Assembly (NCBI GenBank): GCA_964016885.1
Contig: OZ024745.1
Location: forward strand, 87,172,001 to 87,236,000
DNA: 64,000 nucleotides
Direction of reading: 5' to 3'
Origin: Eledone cirrhosa
Taxonomy: Eukaryota
The notes under the pieces were generated by a model. It worked only from the letters and a program-made list of their open reading frames with translations, had not been told where the DNA came from and did not search any database. Every line of letters begins with the position of its first letter. Positions within the stretch are counted from its first letter, which is position 1. Position numbers and translations under genes: made by a program. Shown piece by piece: positions 40,784 through 59,719 of the stretch.

Positions 40784-40907
40784 TATAAATATATATAATA
40801 TATAAATATATATATATATTTATTTATATATATATATGAATATATATATATTTATATATATAAATATATATATATATATAAATATATATATGTATATACA
40901 TATATAC

Positions 40908-40968
<61 letters not shown>

Positions 40969-41019
40969 CATATATACATATAACGAAGGAAATGTGGTAA
41001 GGAACCAGATAGACCATAA

Positions 41020-41335
41020 CGCACCAGAATTAATAACAGAACACACTCACTGTTTGGTTGGTTTTCGCTTCTCGCTGTCTTTTATATCGGTAATCTAACT
41101 TACTCGGTCCTCAATGTTGCCATTGACTGACCGACGGTCAACAATAATACAGATACAATATAGACACCAACACATATATGTAGTTTATCATAAATCTTTC
41201 GTTGCACATCTGCAACATCGTCAGCGGTGTTATATTTTCCTCCTGTTGTGTTGTTTGTCTACGCCATTTTTCTCCCCAAGTATAACAATATTTGTTTCGA
41301 CACACGATTTCATATAAAAAACCTCGCAAAACTAT
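41020..41335 (-). mobile_element. Solo pLTR of the 28.1 kb PLE family with inverted tail; another copy at ~45395-45860
   Basis: ccagaattaataacagaacacactcac...ttgcacatctgcaacatcgtcag matches 28183-28450. Confidence 0.85.
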
Positions 41336-41349
41336 ATATATATATATAT

Positions 41350-41820
41350 AATATAAGATCAAAAGATGGTTAAAGGAGTTCCATATATTTTATTATGCGC
41401 ATTTCAAAAACAAACATCATCAAGCAATAATATTTGTGTTTTCATCAGATAAAACAGGAGAACATGATATGAAGGCTAAAAAACACTTGTGGATAGTGCA
41501 GATTTAAATCAACATATCATGGTATGTTGATTTCAAAAACAAACATCATCAAGCAATAATATTTGTGTTTTCATCAGATAAAACAGGAGAACATGATATG
41601 AAGGCTAAAAAACACTTGTGGATAGTGCAGTTTTAAATCAACATATCATGATATGTTGATTTAAAACTGCACTATCCACAAGTGTTTTTTAGCCTTCATA
41701 TCATGTTCTCCTGTTTTATCTGATGAAAACACAAATATTATTGCTTGATGATGTTTGTTTTTGAAATGCGCATAATAAAATATATGGAACTCCTTTAACC
41801 ATCTTTTGATCTTATATTAT
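41350..41820. repeat. Fold-back element with a partial internal tandem duplication and opposed hammerheads
   Basis: ~41350-41520 is the reverse complement of ~41650-41820. 41401-41520 is repeated at 41530-41650. Confidence 0.85.
41714..41780 (+). ncRNA. Type I hammerhead (mirror copy at 41388-41454, minus)
   Basis: ttttat CTGATGA aaacacaaata...atgtttgttttt GAAA tgcgca TA ataaaa. Helix III is the palindrome ATGCGCAT. Confidence 0.85.
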
Positions 41821-41903
41821 GCATACTCCAGTCCCACAAACTGTAGAGTGCTACTTATCCGATATCTGCATTGCTTTATTGTACTACAATAAAACTCACC
41901 TCC

Positions 41904-41963
<60 letters not shown>

Positions 41964-42801
41964 TATGTAGATAAATCTACCAAGAGTTTACGGTAGTGTC
42001 CAATCCGTATGAAGAACTCAATGTATTCCGGATATCTTGATAATTTGTATAATTTTGTATAATTTTGTACATAGATCTGTTGAATATGCATTCTAACACA
42101 TATATATCCTAGAAACGATCGTTAAATAATGAACTTTTTTTGTTTAATATAAGGAATTGTTTATTCATTATTTGTTTAATATATATAAATATATATATTT
42201 ATGTATATATAAATATATAAATATATATATATATTTATATATATATAAATATATATATATTTATATATATATAAATATATGTATTTTAATTATGTCTCAT
42301 ATAAAATAATACAACTGGCTATCCGCAACATACATATAGTTAGCACCCCAAACGTAAAATTAGGATTATACTAAGGTATATCCTAATGTTAGTTGAGTGA
42401 GATGGAAGCCGGTCGGAGCATTGCTTAAAAGCTTTCTCTGTTAATGTATTAAATATATATTTATATATATATATATAAATATATATATTTATATATAAAT
42501 ATATATATATTTATGTATATATAAATATATATATATATATAAATATATATATATTTATATATATAAATATATATATATAAATATATATATATTTATATAT
42601 ATATAAATATATATATATTTATATATAAATATATATATTTATGTATATATAAATATATATATATATATAAATATATATATATTTATAAATATATAAATAT
42701 ATATATATAAAAATATATATATATATATAAATATATATATATTTAGATATAAATATAAATATATATTTAAATATATATATATCAATATATATATATATAT
42801 A

Positions 42802-42971
42802 TCGGTAGGGGGTCGGACGCCATGCTTTGACAGATTGAATTACGGCCCTTGCCATTCTGAGTTTAAATCCCGCCGAGGTTAATTTTGCCTTTCATCCTTA
42901 CGGGGTAGATAAAATAAAGTACCAGTAATGTAATGGATATTTGATGGCCTTGTGCCAAAAAGTAGAAACAA
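42802..42971 (+). mobile_element. SINE family A
   Basis: tcggtagggggtcggacgccatgc...gcctttcatccttacggggtagataaaataaagtaccag...gtagaaacaa. Confidence 0.85.
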
Positions 42972-43013
42972 ATATATATATATATATTTATATAAATATA
43001 TATATATATATAA

Positions 43014-43740
43014 ATGGTAAAGAATGAAACGAAATTTCATTTCTCACTCTTAGTACGGCTGATACTTAAATGTAAGTATGTATGTATACGTACATACATA
43101 TACGTATACAGACGTACTGTAGTATGTATATATATACATACATGCACACTTATATATATGTGCGTATGTGTTTACCGAACATCTATTATAATGCACGGTT
43201 TGTTTGTTTGTACACAAACAAACAGCCCGAATTACGCTGAACAGTGTTCAGACAACCATCGCCGCCTTTTTGTTCAACACTGACACAGGAACGATGTAGT
43301 AGTTTCAAGCTTATTAGCTATCGTAGGCATCGTATACATTCCTGCCAGATGATTGAACATCTGAAAGTATATACTTTCCTTATGCATATTACCGGGTGTG
43401 CTGCCTAATTTGCATATCGAGTGAGTTAGTCAGCCGGGCGCACCGAAAACGATAAATGGAAAAGAATGAAACGAAATTTTATTTCTCACTCTTAGTACGG
43501 CTGATACTTAAATGTAAGTATGTATGTATACGTACATATATATATACAGACGTACAGTAGCATGTATATATATATACATACTTGCACACATATATATATT
43601 TACGTATGGGTTTACCGAACATTTATTATAATGTTCTGTTTATTTCTAAACAAACAAACAGCCCGAATTACGCCGTACAGTTTTTAAGCAACCATCATCG
43701 CCTTTTTGTTCAACACTGACACAGAAACGATGTACTAGTT
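43014..43740 (-). mobile_element. Partial tandem (1.6 units, 442 bp period) of a retrozyme-like repeat
   Basis: Unit starts atgg..aagaatgaaacgaaat at 43014 and 43456. The HHR (minus, ~43291-43333) has a decayed core; an intact homologue is at 59883. Confidence 0.8.
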
Positions 43741-44241
43741 ATGAGCCGTCGTGGTCATACTTGGTCCTATTACCCACTCTACTAGCCTAAGTATTGAGTA
43801 CTTTGGTGCGTTATGTTCTATCCGGTTCTTTACCACATTTCCTTCGTTATATGTATATATGTATATATATGTATACCTATATATATATACGTATATATAT
43901 AAATGAAAAGTATAGAAATTGTTGTAACGAGAATCTAACAGTATTCCATAACATATATGCGACTATAGCGTCAAAATGGGAAAATAGTTAACATAAGATA
44001 TGGAAAAAATAATTCAGACCCAATTCTAAAGGAATCAGAATATAGATTTATCCAACAGAATTTAGAGAAATCTAGGGAAAAATCAATAGAGCCTTAACTC
44101 ATGATAAAACAAAGTCTAAAGTACTCAATCTTCAATTTGGGACAACTTCGAATGCTCTGTATAGTCTTGAAAAGACTATTTCACGAACATTTTCAGTGGA
44201 GATGGTCACGGTTGGATTTCGTTCCTCAGCAGAGCTCAACA

Positions 44242-44306
<65 letters not shown>

Positions 44307-44329
44307 GTATATATGTATATGCATATATT

Positions 44330-44380
<51 letters not shown>

Positions 44381-44569
44381 GTAGATAAATCTACCAAGAG
44401 TTTACGGTAGTGTCCAATCCGTATGAAGAACTCAATGTAATCCGGATATCATGGAAAGAAGAGATGCAATGAAAAATCACTTTCGGTGAAAGATAAACGG
44501 AATACAGAGTCAAGATAAAATATTAAAATATAATTAAAATATATATATTAAAATATATATATGTATATA

Positions 44570-44644
<75 letters not shown>

Positions 44645-44645
44645 A

Positions 44646-44796
<151 letters not shown>

Positions 44797-44797
44797 A

Positions 44798-44980
<183 letters not shown>

Positions 44981-45189
44981 TATATATATATTTATATATA
45001 TGTATATGTATGTGTATATATATGTGTATATATATGTATATGTATATACAGTATATATATATTTATATATATGTATATGTATGTGTATATATATGTATAT
45101 ATATATATGTATATGTATATATATATATGTATATGTTTATATATATATATGTATGTATATATATATGTATATATATATAGAGAGATATA

Positions 45190-45242
<53 letters not shown>

Positions 45243-45273
45243 ATATATATGTATATATATATAGAGAGATATA

Positions 45274-45382
<109 letters not shown>

Positions 45383-45944
45383 ATATATATATACTTGGGG
45401 AGGGTCATAATTGTGTAATTTTGCCAGAATTAATAACAGAACACACTCACCGCTTGGTTGGTTTTCGCTTCTGTGTCTTTTATATCGGTTAATAATTAAA
45501 TTTATTCGGTCCTCAATGTTGCCATTGACTGAACAACGGTCAAAAATACAAATACAATATAGACACAAACACATATATATAGTCTATGAAAGTCTTTCGT
45601 TGCACATATGCAACATCGTCAGAGGTGCTATTGTTTCCTCCCGTTGCATCGTATGTCTACGCCTTCTTTATTTAGTCTGTTTTTATATTTATTTATTTGT
45701 TTATTTTATTTGTTTGCGTGTGTGTATAGTGTTTTGTTTGATGTGTGTTCGAGTTTGGGTGATTGTATATTGGTTAATGTATTCTATCTTTACTATGTGT
45801 TTGTTGTTATTGTGCTTGTGTATGTATTTATTTATCTATTTATTTATTTACAAACAAGCATATATATATGAATATATATACATATATATATATGAATATA
45901 TATATATATAAATATATATACATGAATATACATATATATATATG

Positions 45945-46033
<89 letters not shown>

Positions 46034-46072
46034 GTATGTATATATATATATATGTATATATATATATGTATG

Positions 46073-46175
<103 letters not shown>

Positions 46176-46462
46176 AAATAACGAAACGAAATTAAATTTC
46201 GTTTCGTTTGTAACTCACTTTTGTATGACTGATGCTTAAACAATTAAATTAAAAATGTACATCCACATATGTATACTGAAATACAAGTATGCATATGAAT
46301 ACACACACGTGTACATATGTAGATGTACCGAGTTTTTCACTGGACACTTTACTGTGAGTGTCCAGCTATTCTGTATGTAAACACACAGACAAACCGGTTT
46401 TTAGAGTCATACTGGTTTTCGAGGAAACACCTTTCCTCTATTCTCCAGAAAGCCAGACAAGG

Positions 46463-46507
46463 AATATTGGACTAGTTTCGATGTTGTTACATCTCATCAG
46501 CAATATT
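46463..46507 (-). ncRNA. Canonical minimal type I hammerhead; identical copies at 46929-46973 and 47395-47439 (-)
   Basis: aatattg CTGATGA gatgt-aaca-acatc GAAA ctag TC caatatt. GUC cleavage triplet; helix III is the palindrome ACTAGT. Confidence 0.93.
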
Positions 46508-47977
46508 TACCTATCTTCCGGCCTTTCTAGAGAATCGTAAAAGCACATATCGTTATATGCTTTTTCTATGAAAATTAGTAGTGGGCAGACTAATTTGCAT
46601 AGAGCGTGAGTACGTACCGGTTCAGCGGAGACGATAAAAACAAATAACGAAACGAAATTAAATTTCGTTTCGTTTGTAACTCACTTTTGTATGACTGATG
46701 CTTAAACAATTAAATTAAAAATGTACATCCACATATGTATACTGAAATACAAGTATGCATATGAATACACACACGTGTACATATGTAGGTGTACCGAGTT
46801 TTTCACTGGACATTTTACTGTGAGTGTCCAGCTATTCTGTATGTAAACACACAGACAAACCGGTTTTTAGAGTCATACTGGTTTTCGAGGAAACACCTTT
46901 CCTCTATTCTCCAGAAAGCCAGACAAGGAATATTGGACTAGTTTCGATGTTGTTACATCTCATCAGCAATATTTACCTATCTTCCGGCCTTTCTAGAGAA
47001 TCGTAAAAGCACATATCGTTATATGCTTTTTCTATGAAAATTAGTAGTGGGCAGACTAATTTGCATAGAGCGTGAGTACGTACCGGTTCAGCGGAGACGA
47101 TAAAAACAAATAACGAAACGAAATTAAATTTCGTTTCGTTTGTAACTCACTTTTGTATGACTGATGCTTAAACAATTAAATTAAAAATGTACATCCACAT
47201 ATGTATACTGAAATACAAGTATGCATATGAATACACACACGTGTACATATGTAGATGTACCGAGTTTTTCACTGGACACTTTACTGTGAGTGTCCAGCTA
47301 TTCTGTATGTAAACACACAGACAAACCGGTTTTTAGAGTCATACTGGTTTTCGAGGAAACACCTTTCCTCTATTCTTCAGAAAGCCAGACAAGGAATATT
47401 GGACTAGTTTCGATGTTGTTACATCTCATCAGCAATATTTACCTATCTTCCGGCCTTTCTAGAGAATCGTAAAAGCACATATCGTTATATGCTTTTTCTA
47501 TGAAAATTAGTAGTGGGCAGACTGAGATGTAACAACATCGAAACTAGTCCAATATTCCTTGTCTGGCTTTCTGGAGAATAGAGGAAAGGTGTTTCCTCGA
47601 AAACCAGTATGACTCTAAAAACCGGTTTGTCTGTGTGTTTACATACAGAATAGCTGGACACTCACAGTAAAGTGTCCAGTGAAAAACTCGGTACATCTAC
47701 ATATGTACACGTGTGTATATTCATATGCATACTTGTATTTCAGTATACATATGTGGATGTACATTTTTAATTTAATTGTTTAAGCATCAGTCATACAAAA
47801 GTGAGTTACAAACGAAACGAAATTTAATTTCGTTTCGTTATTTGTTTTTATCGTCTCCGCTGAACCGGTACGTACTCACGCTCTATGCAAATTAGTCTGC
47901 CCACTACTAATTTTCATAGAAAAAGCATATAACGATATGTGCTTTTACGATTCTCTAGAAAGGCCGGAAGTTAGGTA

Positions 47978-48022
47978 AATATTGCTGATGAGATGTAACA
48001 ACATCGAAACTAGTCCAATATT
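47978..48022 (+). ncRNA. Canonical minimal type I hammerhead; identical copy at 48444-48488, variant at 50335-50379
   Basis: Same motif on the plus strand in the inverted arm. Confidence 0.93.
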
Positions 48023-48709
48023 CCTTGTCTGGCTTTCTGGAGAATAGAGGAAAGGTGTTTCCTCGAAAACCAGTATGACTCTAAAAACCGGTTTGTCTGT
48101 GTGTTTACATACAGAATAGCTGGACACTCACAGTAAAGTGTCCAGTGAAAAACTCGGTACATCTACATATGTACACGTGTGTGTATTCATATGCATACTT
48201 GTATTTCAGTATACATATGTGGATGTACATTTTTAATTTAATTGTTTAAGCATCAGTCATACAAAAGTGAGTTACAAACGAAACGAAATTTAATTTCGTT
48301 TCGTTATTTGTTTTTATCGTCTCCGCTGAACCGGTACGTACTCACGCTCTATGCAAATTAGTCTGCCCACTACTAATTTTCATAGAAAAAGCATATAACA
48401 ATATGTGCTTTTACGATTCTCTAGAAAGGCCGGAAGATAGGTAAATATTGCTGATGAGATGTAACAACATCGAAACTAGTCCAATATTCCTTGTCTGGCT
48501 TTCTGGAGAATAGAGGAAAGGTGTTTCCTCGAAAACCAGTATGACTCTAAAAACCGGTTTGTCTGTGTGTTTACATACAGAATAGCTGGACACTCACAGT
48601 AAAGTGTCCAGTGAAAAACTCGGTACATCTACATATGTACACGTGTGTGTATTCATATGCATACTTGTATTTCAGTATACATATGTGGATGTACATTTTT
48701 AATTTAATT

Positions 48710-50598
<1,889 letters not shown>

Positions 50599-50636
50599 AT
50601 ATATATAAAGTCTATATAAAGTCGATCTGAGGCAAG

Positions 50637-52857
<2,221 letters not shown>

Positions 52858-52859
52858 TT

Positions 52860-54646
52860 GAACCTTTGGCATTGAAAAGACCACACTTCAACCTGAAAGA
52901 TCATAAATCAAACTTTAACTCAAATCCTTCTATAAGACTTATATGTCCCTCCAAATCTGATATTGGAATAATTAGCAAAATAATTTTGGATAGAGTCATC
53001 CCACAAATAAGAAAACATGTTAATTTACCACTCTGGGAAAACACTTCCCAGGTAATTAACTGGTTTAAAAATATTAGATGTAAATCTTCTGCTTCATTTC
53101 TACAATTTGATATAGATAATTACTATTCTTCTATATCACCTATACTCCTGAACAAAGCTTTGATATTTGCTAAAAATAGATCTAACTTAACTTTGGATGA
53201 CATTAATATTATTACACATGCTAGACTAACACTTATTGAATTTCAGAATGAATACTGGACCAGAAACACATATAGTAATCTATTTGATATTACTATGGGT
53301 TCAAGCGATTCTGCCCAAATTACTCATCTTGTGGGCCTCTTTCTTCTTTTTAACATAAATGCTTCCTTTCCCCACCTTAAAGGTGGTTTATATCGTGATG
53401 ACTGTCTTCTTCTTTCCAACAACCTTAGCCTCTCAAAAATAGAAAAAAACAAAAAGCTTATTAGAACTTCCCTTAAAGACTATTATAGTCTTCATATTAC
53501 TTTTGAAAACACAAGTAAAGTAGTTAATTTCCTAGATATAACTTTAGACTTAGCTACGGGTATCTACCAACCTTACCATAAACCCAACCAAAACGTACAC
53601 TACATACACTCACAATCTAATCACCCTAAATCTATCCTTAAAAACCTTGCATATAATATATCACTTAGAATTTCTAACCTTTCGTCTAACCAAGATGTAT
53701 TTGATAAAAATGCGACCTTCTATAACGAAGCTCTAGATAGAAGTGGCCACAAAAATAGATTGGAATATATACCTTCTACTAATAACACTATAAACATACA
53801 ACCTAATATTACCAACAAACACGAAATGAAAAGTACACACCTAAATGCAACTCACACTATACCCCAAAATACCAACATAAAACCAATTTTCTCTAGCTCC
53901 TCTAATATAAAGTATAGTAACTCTCAAAAAACTACTCATCATACAACTCTAATAAATGTTAATAATAAAACTCCTAATAAACAAGATAAAACACCTAAAT
54001 CAATAAATCTAACTAAAAATGTGCGTGGTGAGGTCATTAACATTAATCCTCCTAGTAAACATCACGATGCAACCTATAAAAATAATAAACAACATAGAAA
54101 CCGTAATAGACGAGTTACTTGGTATAATGCTCCATTTAATTTACAAATTAAGGATAATATTGCTAAAAAAATCTTTAATATCCTAGAGAAAAACTTCCCG
54201 CCAAACTTCTATTTAAGATTTGATGGTATAGAAACAAAGCAAACTGCCCATTAAAAGGAAATTGTCTTGTTAACAACATAGTTTATAAATGTAAAGTTAA
54301 AACTAAAGATTCTATTTGCTCATATATAGGAGCTACTTCTAACAATTTTAAGGTAAGGTTTAATACCCACAAACATAGTTTTTAAAATGCCGCACTGGCT
54401 AATACAACATCTCTAGCAGAAAAAATTAATAGTTATAGAAATAAGAATATAGAATATGATATGACCTGGAGTGTGCTCAAAAGAGCCACCCCTTATCAAA
54501 ATAATAGAAATGAATGTAGATTGTGTTCCCAAGAACTATTTGAAATAATGATATCTAAGGATATCCTATTAAATAAGCGACAGGAATTAATTATATCGTG
54601 TAATCATAAACTGAGAAAAACATTTAAATATTATAAACCTAATTAA
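52860..54646 (+). mobile_element. Naiad-like PLE coding region (RT open; deletion or frameshift before GIY-YIG)
   Basis: Motifs LKDHKSNF..NPSIRLICP, FLQFDIDNYYSSI, MGSSDSAQ, GLYRDD, WYNAPF, then CPLKGNC, VYKCKV...YIGAT and CRLC. The first ~140 aa of ORF 52428 come from hairpin and flank sequence. Confidence 0.92.
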
Positions 54647-55500
54647 TAATATATATTTTAGAAATTAATATATAATTTAATTTAAATGTAGTTAACCTAT
54701 AATTTTAATTTAATTAAAATTCTACTACAGATGAGATTAAAAAATATTGTGTAATCATAAATTGTGAAAAACTTTTAAATATTATTAACATAATTAATAT
54801 ATACTTTGGAAATTAATTTATAGATTAATTTTAGTTTATTTAACCTTTTATTAAAATTCCTTTACAGATGAAATATAACAAAATATCGTGTAATCAATAA
54901 CAGAGAAATACTTTTTAATATTATAAACCTAATTAATGTACAATTTAGAAATTAATTTATAAATTAATTTTAATTTAGTTAACCTATAATTTTAATTTAG
55001 TTAGCTTAAAATTAAAATTCTAATACAGATGGATTGCAGAATATCATGTAATCATAAACTGAGAAAAACTTTTAAGTATATACCTAATTAATATATTCTT
55101 TACAAATAAATATATAGATTAATTTTAATTTTTGTTAACCTATAATTATATTCTACTATAGATAAAATACAAAATCTGCTTTAATTATTATAAACCTAAT
55201 TAACATATACTATAGAAATTAATATATAATTTTTAGTTTAGTTAACCTATAATTAATATTCTACTACCGATGAAATACTTGATTTGGCTTTCCCTATTAC
55301 GAAATTCATTTCCTAAAATTGATACCCTAATGTTAATATTTTTATTTTAGTTATGCTATAATTAATACTCTACTACTGTTTAACTTCAAAATTCCGCTTT
55401 AAATATTATAAACCTAAGTAGTATACACCTTAGAAATCAATATATTAACTATTTTTACTTTAGTTAACCTATAATTAATAGTCTACTTATATTAAAATGC
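54590..55500 (+). repeat. Degenerate ~120-155 bp AT-rich tandem repeat
   Basis: Recurring ttataaacctaattaa...agaaattaat...gttaacctataatt...ttctactacagatg, about 6 units. Confidence 0.8.
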
Positions 55501-55794
55501 ATAATTTTGCCATCTTTCTTACATTTCCTAATACTGAAACTACTATGTAAACACATATTATGATCTAAATGCAGATTAATATTCTATGTTCCTTGAAACC
55601 TATATTTACTATTTCCCACTAATAATTTTAATCCCCCCCCTATAATTATTCGTATTTGTAAGCGTGGATGTATGTATGTGTATGTATGTATGTATGTATG
55701 TTTGTATGTGTATGTAAGTATGTATGTATGTTTGTGTGTTTGTATGTGAGTATAAAAATACATATGTGCGCATGTAAATAAGTGTGTATGAATG

Positions 55795-55881
<87 letters not shown>

Positions 55882-56396
55882 GTGTGTGTGTATGTATGTG
55901 TATGTATATATATTTGTAGAGATGTGTGTATGTATGTGTATATATGTGCATAATTGTCTGACTGTGTGTATTTATTTATTTTTTTATATATATATATATA
56001 TATATGTGTGTGTATGTATATGTGTGTATATATATTTATATGTATGTATATATCTATATATATATATGTGTGTATGTATATCTCTATATTTATGTATGTC
56101 TGAGTTGTGTGTGAGCGTGTGGTTGTATGTATATATATACATGGATATATATGTGTGTGTATGTATATATACGTATATGTATGTGTGTGTGTGTATATAT
56201 ATGTGTGTATATATATATATATGTGTGTATATATATATGTATATATATGTGTGTATATATATATGTACGTGTATGTATGTGTGTATGTGTGTGTACATAT
56301 ATGTGTATATATATGTGTGTTGTGAGTATGTGTGTATATATATGTGTTTGTGTATGTGTATGTGTATGTTTATATATATATATGTATATGTCTATA

Positions 56397-56439
<43 letters not shown>

Positions 56440-57056
56440 CGGTGTGTATTTTATGTATGAGTATATGTTTTACTTGTTTATTTCTTTTAATATATTTCTT
56501 TTTATTTCTAAATTTATAGATACATTTTTATAAATAGGCTGTGTCTGACTCCCTCTGTAATTACTGACTCCCTTACCTATTTTTAGTTCTGCATCTAGAT
56601 GTAAGTATATGTGGCAGTGTTTATGTATGCGCCTCAATATCCATATAGTTATAATAATAATATATACGTATGTGTGTGTGTGTGTGTATGTGTGTGTGTG
56701 TGTGTGTTCGTGGGTATGTGTATGTTTATGTGTATATGCGTGTGTGTGTATGAATGTATGTATATGTGTGTATATATGAGTGTATATATGTATGTATGCG
56801 TATGTGTATTTTGTCTGTGGATTATAAACATACAGAGACATTAGCCCTAAATTTTTGTATTTACATACATTTTTTCGACATGCGTATGCATGTGAACATA
56901 CATTTTTATGCATATCTGTGAACGAAGTTACTTACATATACACACACACCTAACTGTATTTTCTTGATATATTTTTATGTATTTCATTGGTCTATTTTAA
57001 ATCTGTTCCCAAACAGATCTGTAATTTTGAATTGTTGTTATTATCAATAAATATAT

Positions 57057-57209
57057 TTCATTATTTCTGAAGACGGCATATATATGTGTTGGTATGTATA
57101 TTCTATTTGATAGTTTGTATAATTTTGTATAATTTTGTACATAGATCTTTTGAATATGCATGCCAATTCTAACACATATATGTCCTAGAAACGATCGTTA
57201 AATAATGAA
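57057..57209 (+). ncRNA. Hammerhead with a ~114 nt rod-like helix II; mirror copy at ~57542-57693 (-)
   Basis: ttcattattt CTGAAGA c-ggcatatatatgtgtt...ttggtatgtatattc...gaatatgcatgccaa...aacacatatatgtcc-ta GAAA cgatcg TT aaataatgaa. Helix I has 10 bp; helix III is the palindrome ACGATCGT. Confidence 0.85.
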
Positions 57210-57269
57210 CTTTTTTTGTTTAATATAAGGAACTGTTTCATTGTTTTATTCATTATTTTTTTAATATTT

Positions 57270-57309
<40 letters not shown>

Positions 57310-57325
57310 AATAAATATATATATG

Positions 57326-57365
<40 letters not shown>

Positions 57366-57366
57366 A

Positions 57367-57477
<111 letters not shown>

Positions 57478-57479
57478 TA

Positions 57480-58210
<731 letters not shown>

Positions 58211-58252
58211 TTCCAAATATTAACAAAAATAGACATTCGTGTGATCAAGTAT

Positions 58253-58317
58253 ATTTTATTATACATATTTCAGAGGTACTGAGCTCTCTTGAACAGTACG
58301 TCCTCATCAGATAAAAT
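58253..58317 (-). ncRNA. Type I hammerhead
   Basis: attttat CTGATGA ggac-gtactg...cagtac-ctct GAAA tatgta TA ataaaat. Confidence 0.78.
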
Positions 58318-58924
58318 AAGATGATGCATGAAATACTCTGACTTAGTAGATGGTTAAGATTCAGTCATGGCAGTGAATAAGATATGACAAAACTCAATAT
58401 TTATATACCTTAAGATTGAGACATGAAAATATTACATATAATACAGAGGGTGCGTGTGAGAAAGCTTAAAAAAATGCATAATAGCAATTTCCATAACTGT
58501 TAGAGATTCAAATAATTTAAATTATTGAAGAAAGAAGAAAGACAGAGAGAGAAACAGATGAGGAAAAAGATAGTTACTAGAAGTATAGAAATATCTTATG
58601 CACGAAAGCAAAAGAAAATTGATTAAGGATAGAGAGACAAGGAAGAATAATGTTTATAGTATAAAACATAGGGAGGGAGATTAGTATTGTCGTGGATAAA
58701 TAGCGTATAATTAGATGATGCAAACATATATATATATATTAATAGCGTATAATTAGATGATGCAAAAATATATATATATATAAATACATTTGGGTATAGC
58801 TTTGTGAAAAATAATTTCGAATTTTTGAATTATCTAGAAATAATCAATCAATCTAAATATTAAATATATCTGGGTGTAATTATATGAGGGTTTAATTTCG
58901 AGTCCTTAAGTTAATTAGAAATAT

Positions 58925-59103
58925 AATTGTTTCTACTTTAGGCACAAGGCTAGCAATTACCCAGTGCATTACTGGTACTTTATTTTATCGACCCCCGTAA
59001 GATGAAAGGCAAAGTCAACCTCGGCGGGATTTGAACTCAGATCGTAAAGGGACGTAACTATGCTGGAAAGCATGGCGTCCGACCCTCTCCCGATACTGCC
59101 AAT
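58925..59103 (-). mobile_element. SINE family A
   Basis: Near-identical to 16160-16340. Confidence 0.9.
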
Positions 59104-59719
59104 CTATAATCAATTATATATATCCAAACGTAAACCGGATGACCATTAAATTTCGAATCATTTATGTTAGTTCAGAATAGTGAATTAATCTAAAGGTATA
59201 ATATTTCGGGCTATCAAAATTTATAAGTATTTATATTAAAGTATACTATGATATTTAATTCATAATATCATATTTAAAGTATTTGCAAGCATGAGAAAGA
59301 AGAGACTTAATATTTTCTTCATCTCGAAGGTAATCCATATTAAATTCTATTAAAACATTTTTTTATATTAAAGAGATTTTATATCAAAAAATAATAATCA
59401 TTATATAATTTAGAAAGTAATTACAATTATAACTTAAAAAGTTTAAAATTAACAATTAGAATGCCCTAAAGTATCCAAAGGCCTTACATTTATACTTAAA
59501 AAGGGTATTATTAAAGTAGATATACGCATTTGTCTAAATTTATACAAAGAGTATATTCTTTAAAGTTTAAGACGATATTAGTCAGTTATATATAATATAA
59601 TATAATATAATATAATAAATAAGTTACTGTTAATATTGTTAAAATTAAGGTTTTACATCAATTATTATATTAGGATCATGTAATACATATATACGATACA
59701 AATCAAACTTCATGAATCA

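Noticed and set aside
46358-48593. Five copies of a 60 aa ORF ([10 protein letters not shown]...)
   Set aside because: It has a GTG start, lies antisense to the hammerhead, has no recognisable domain and recurs only because the unit is repeated.
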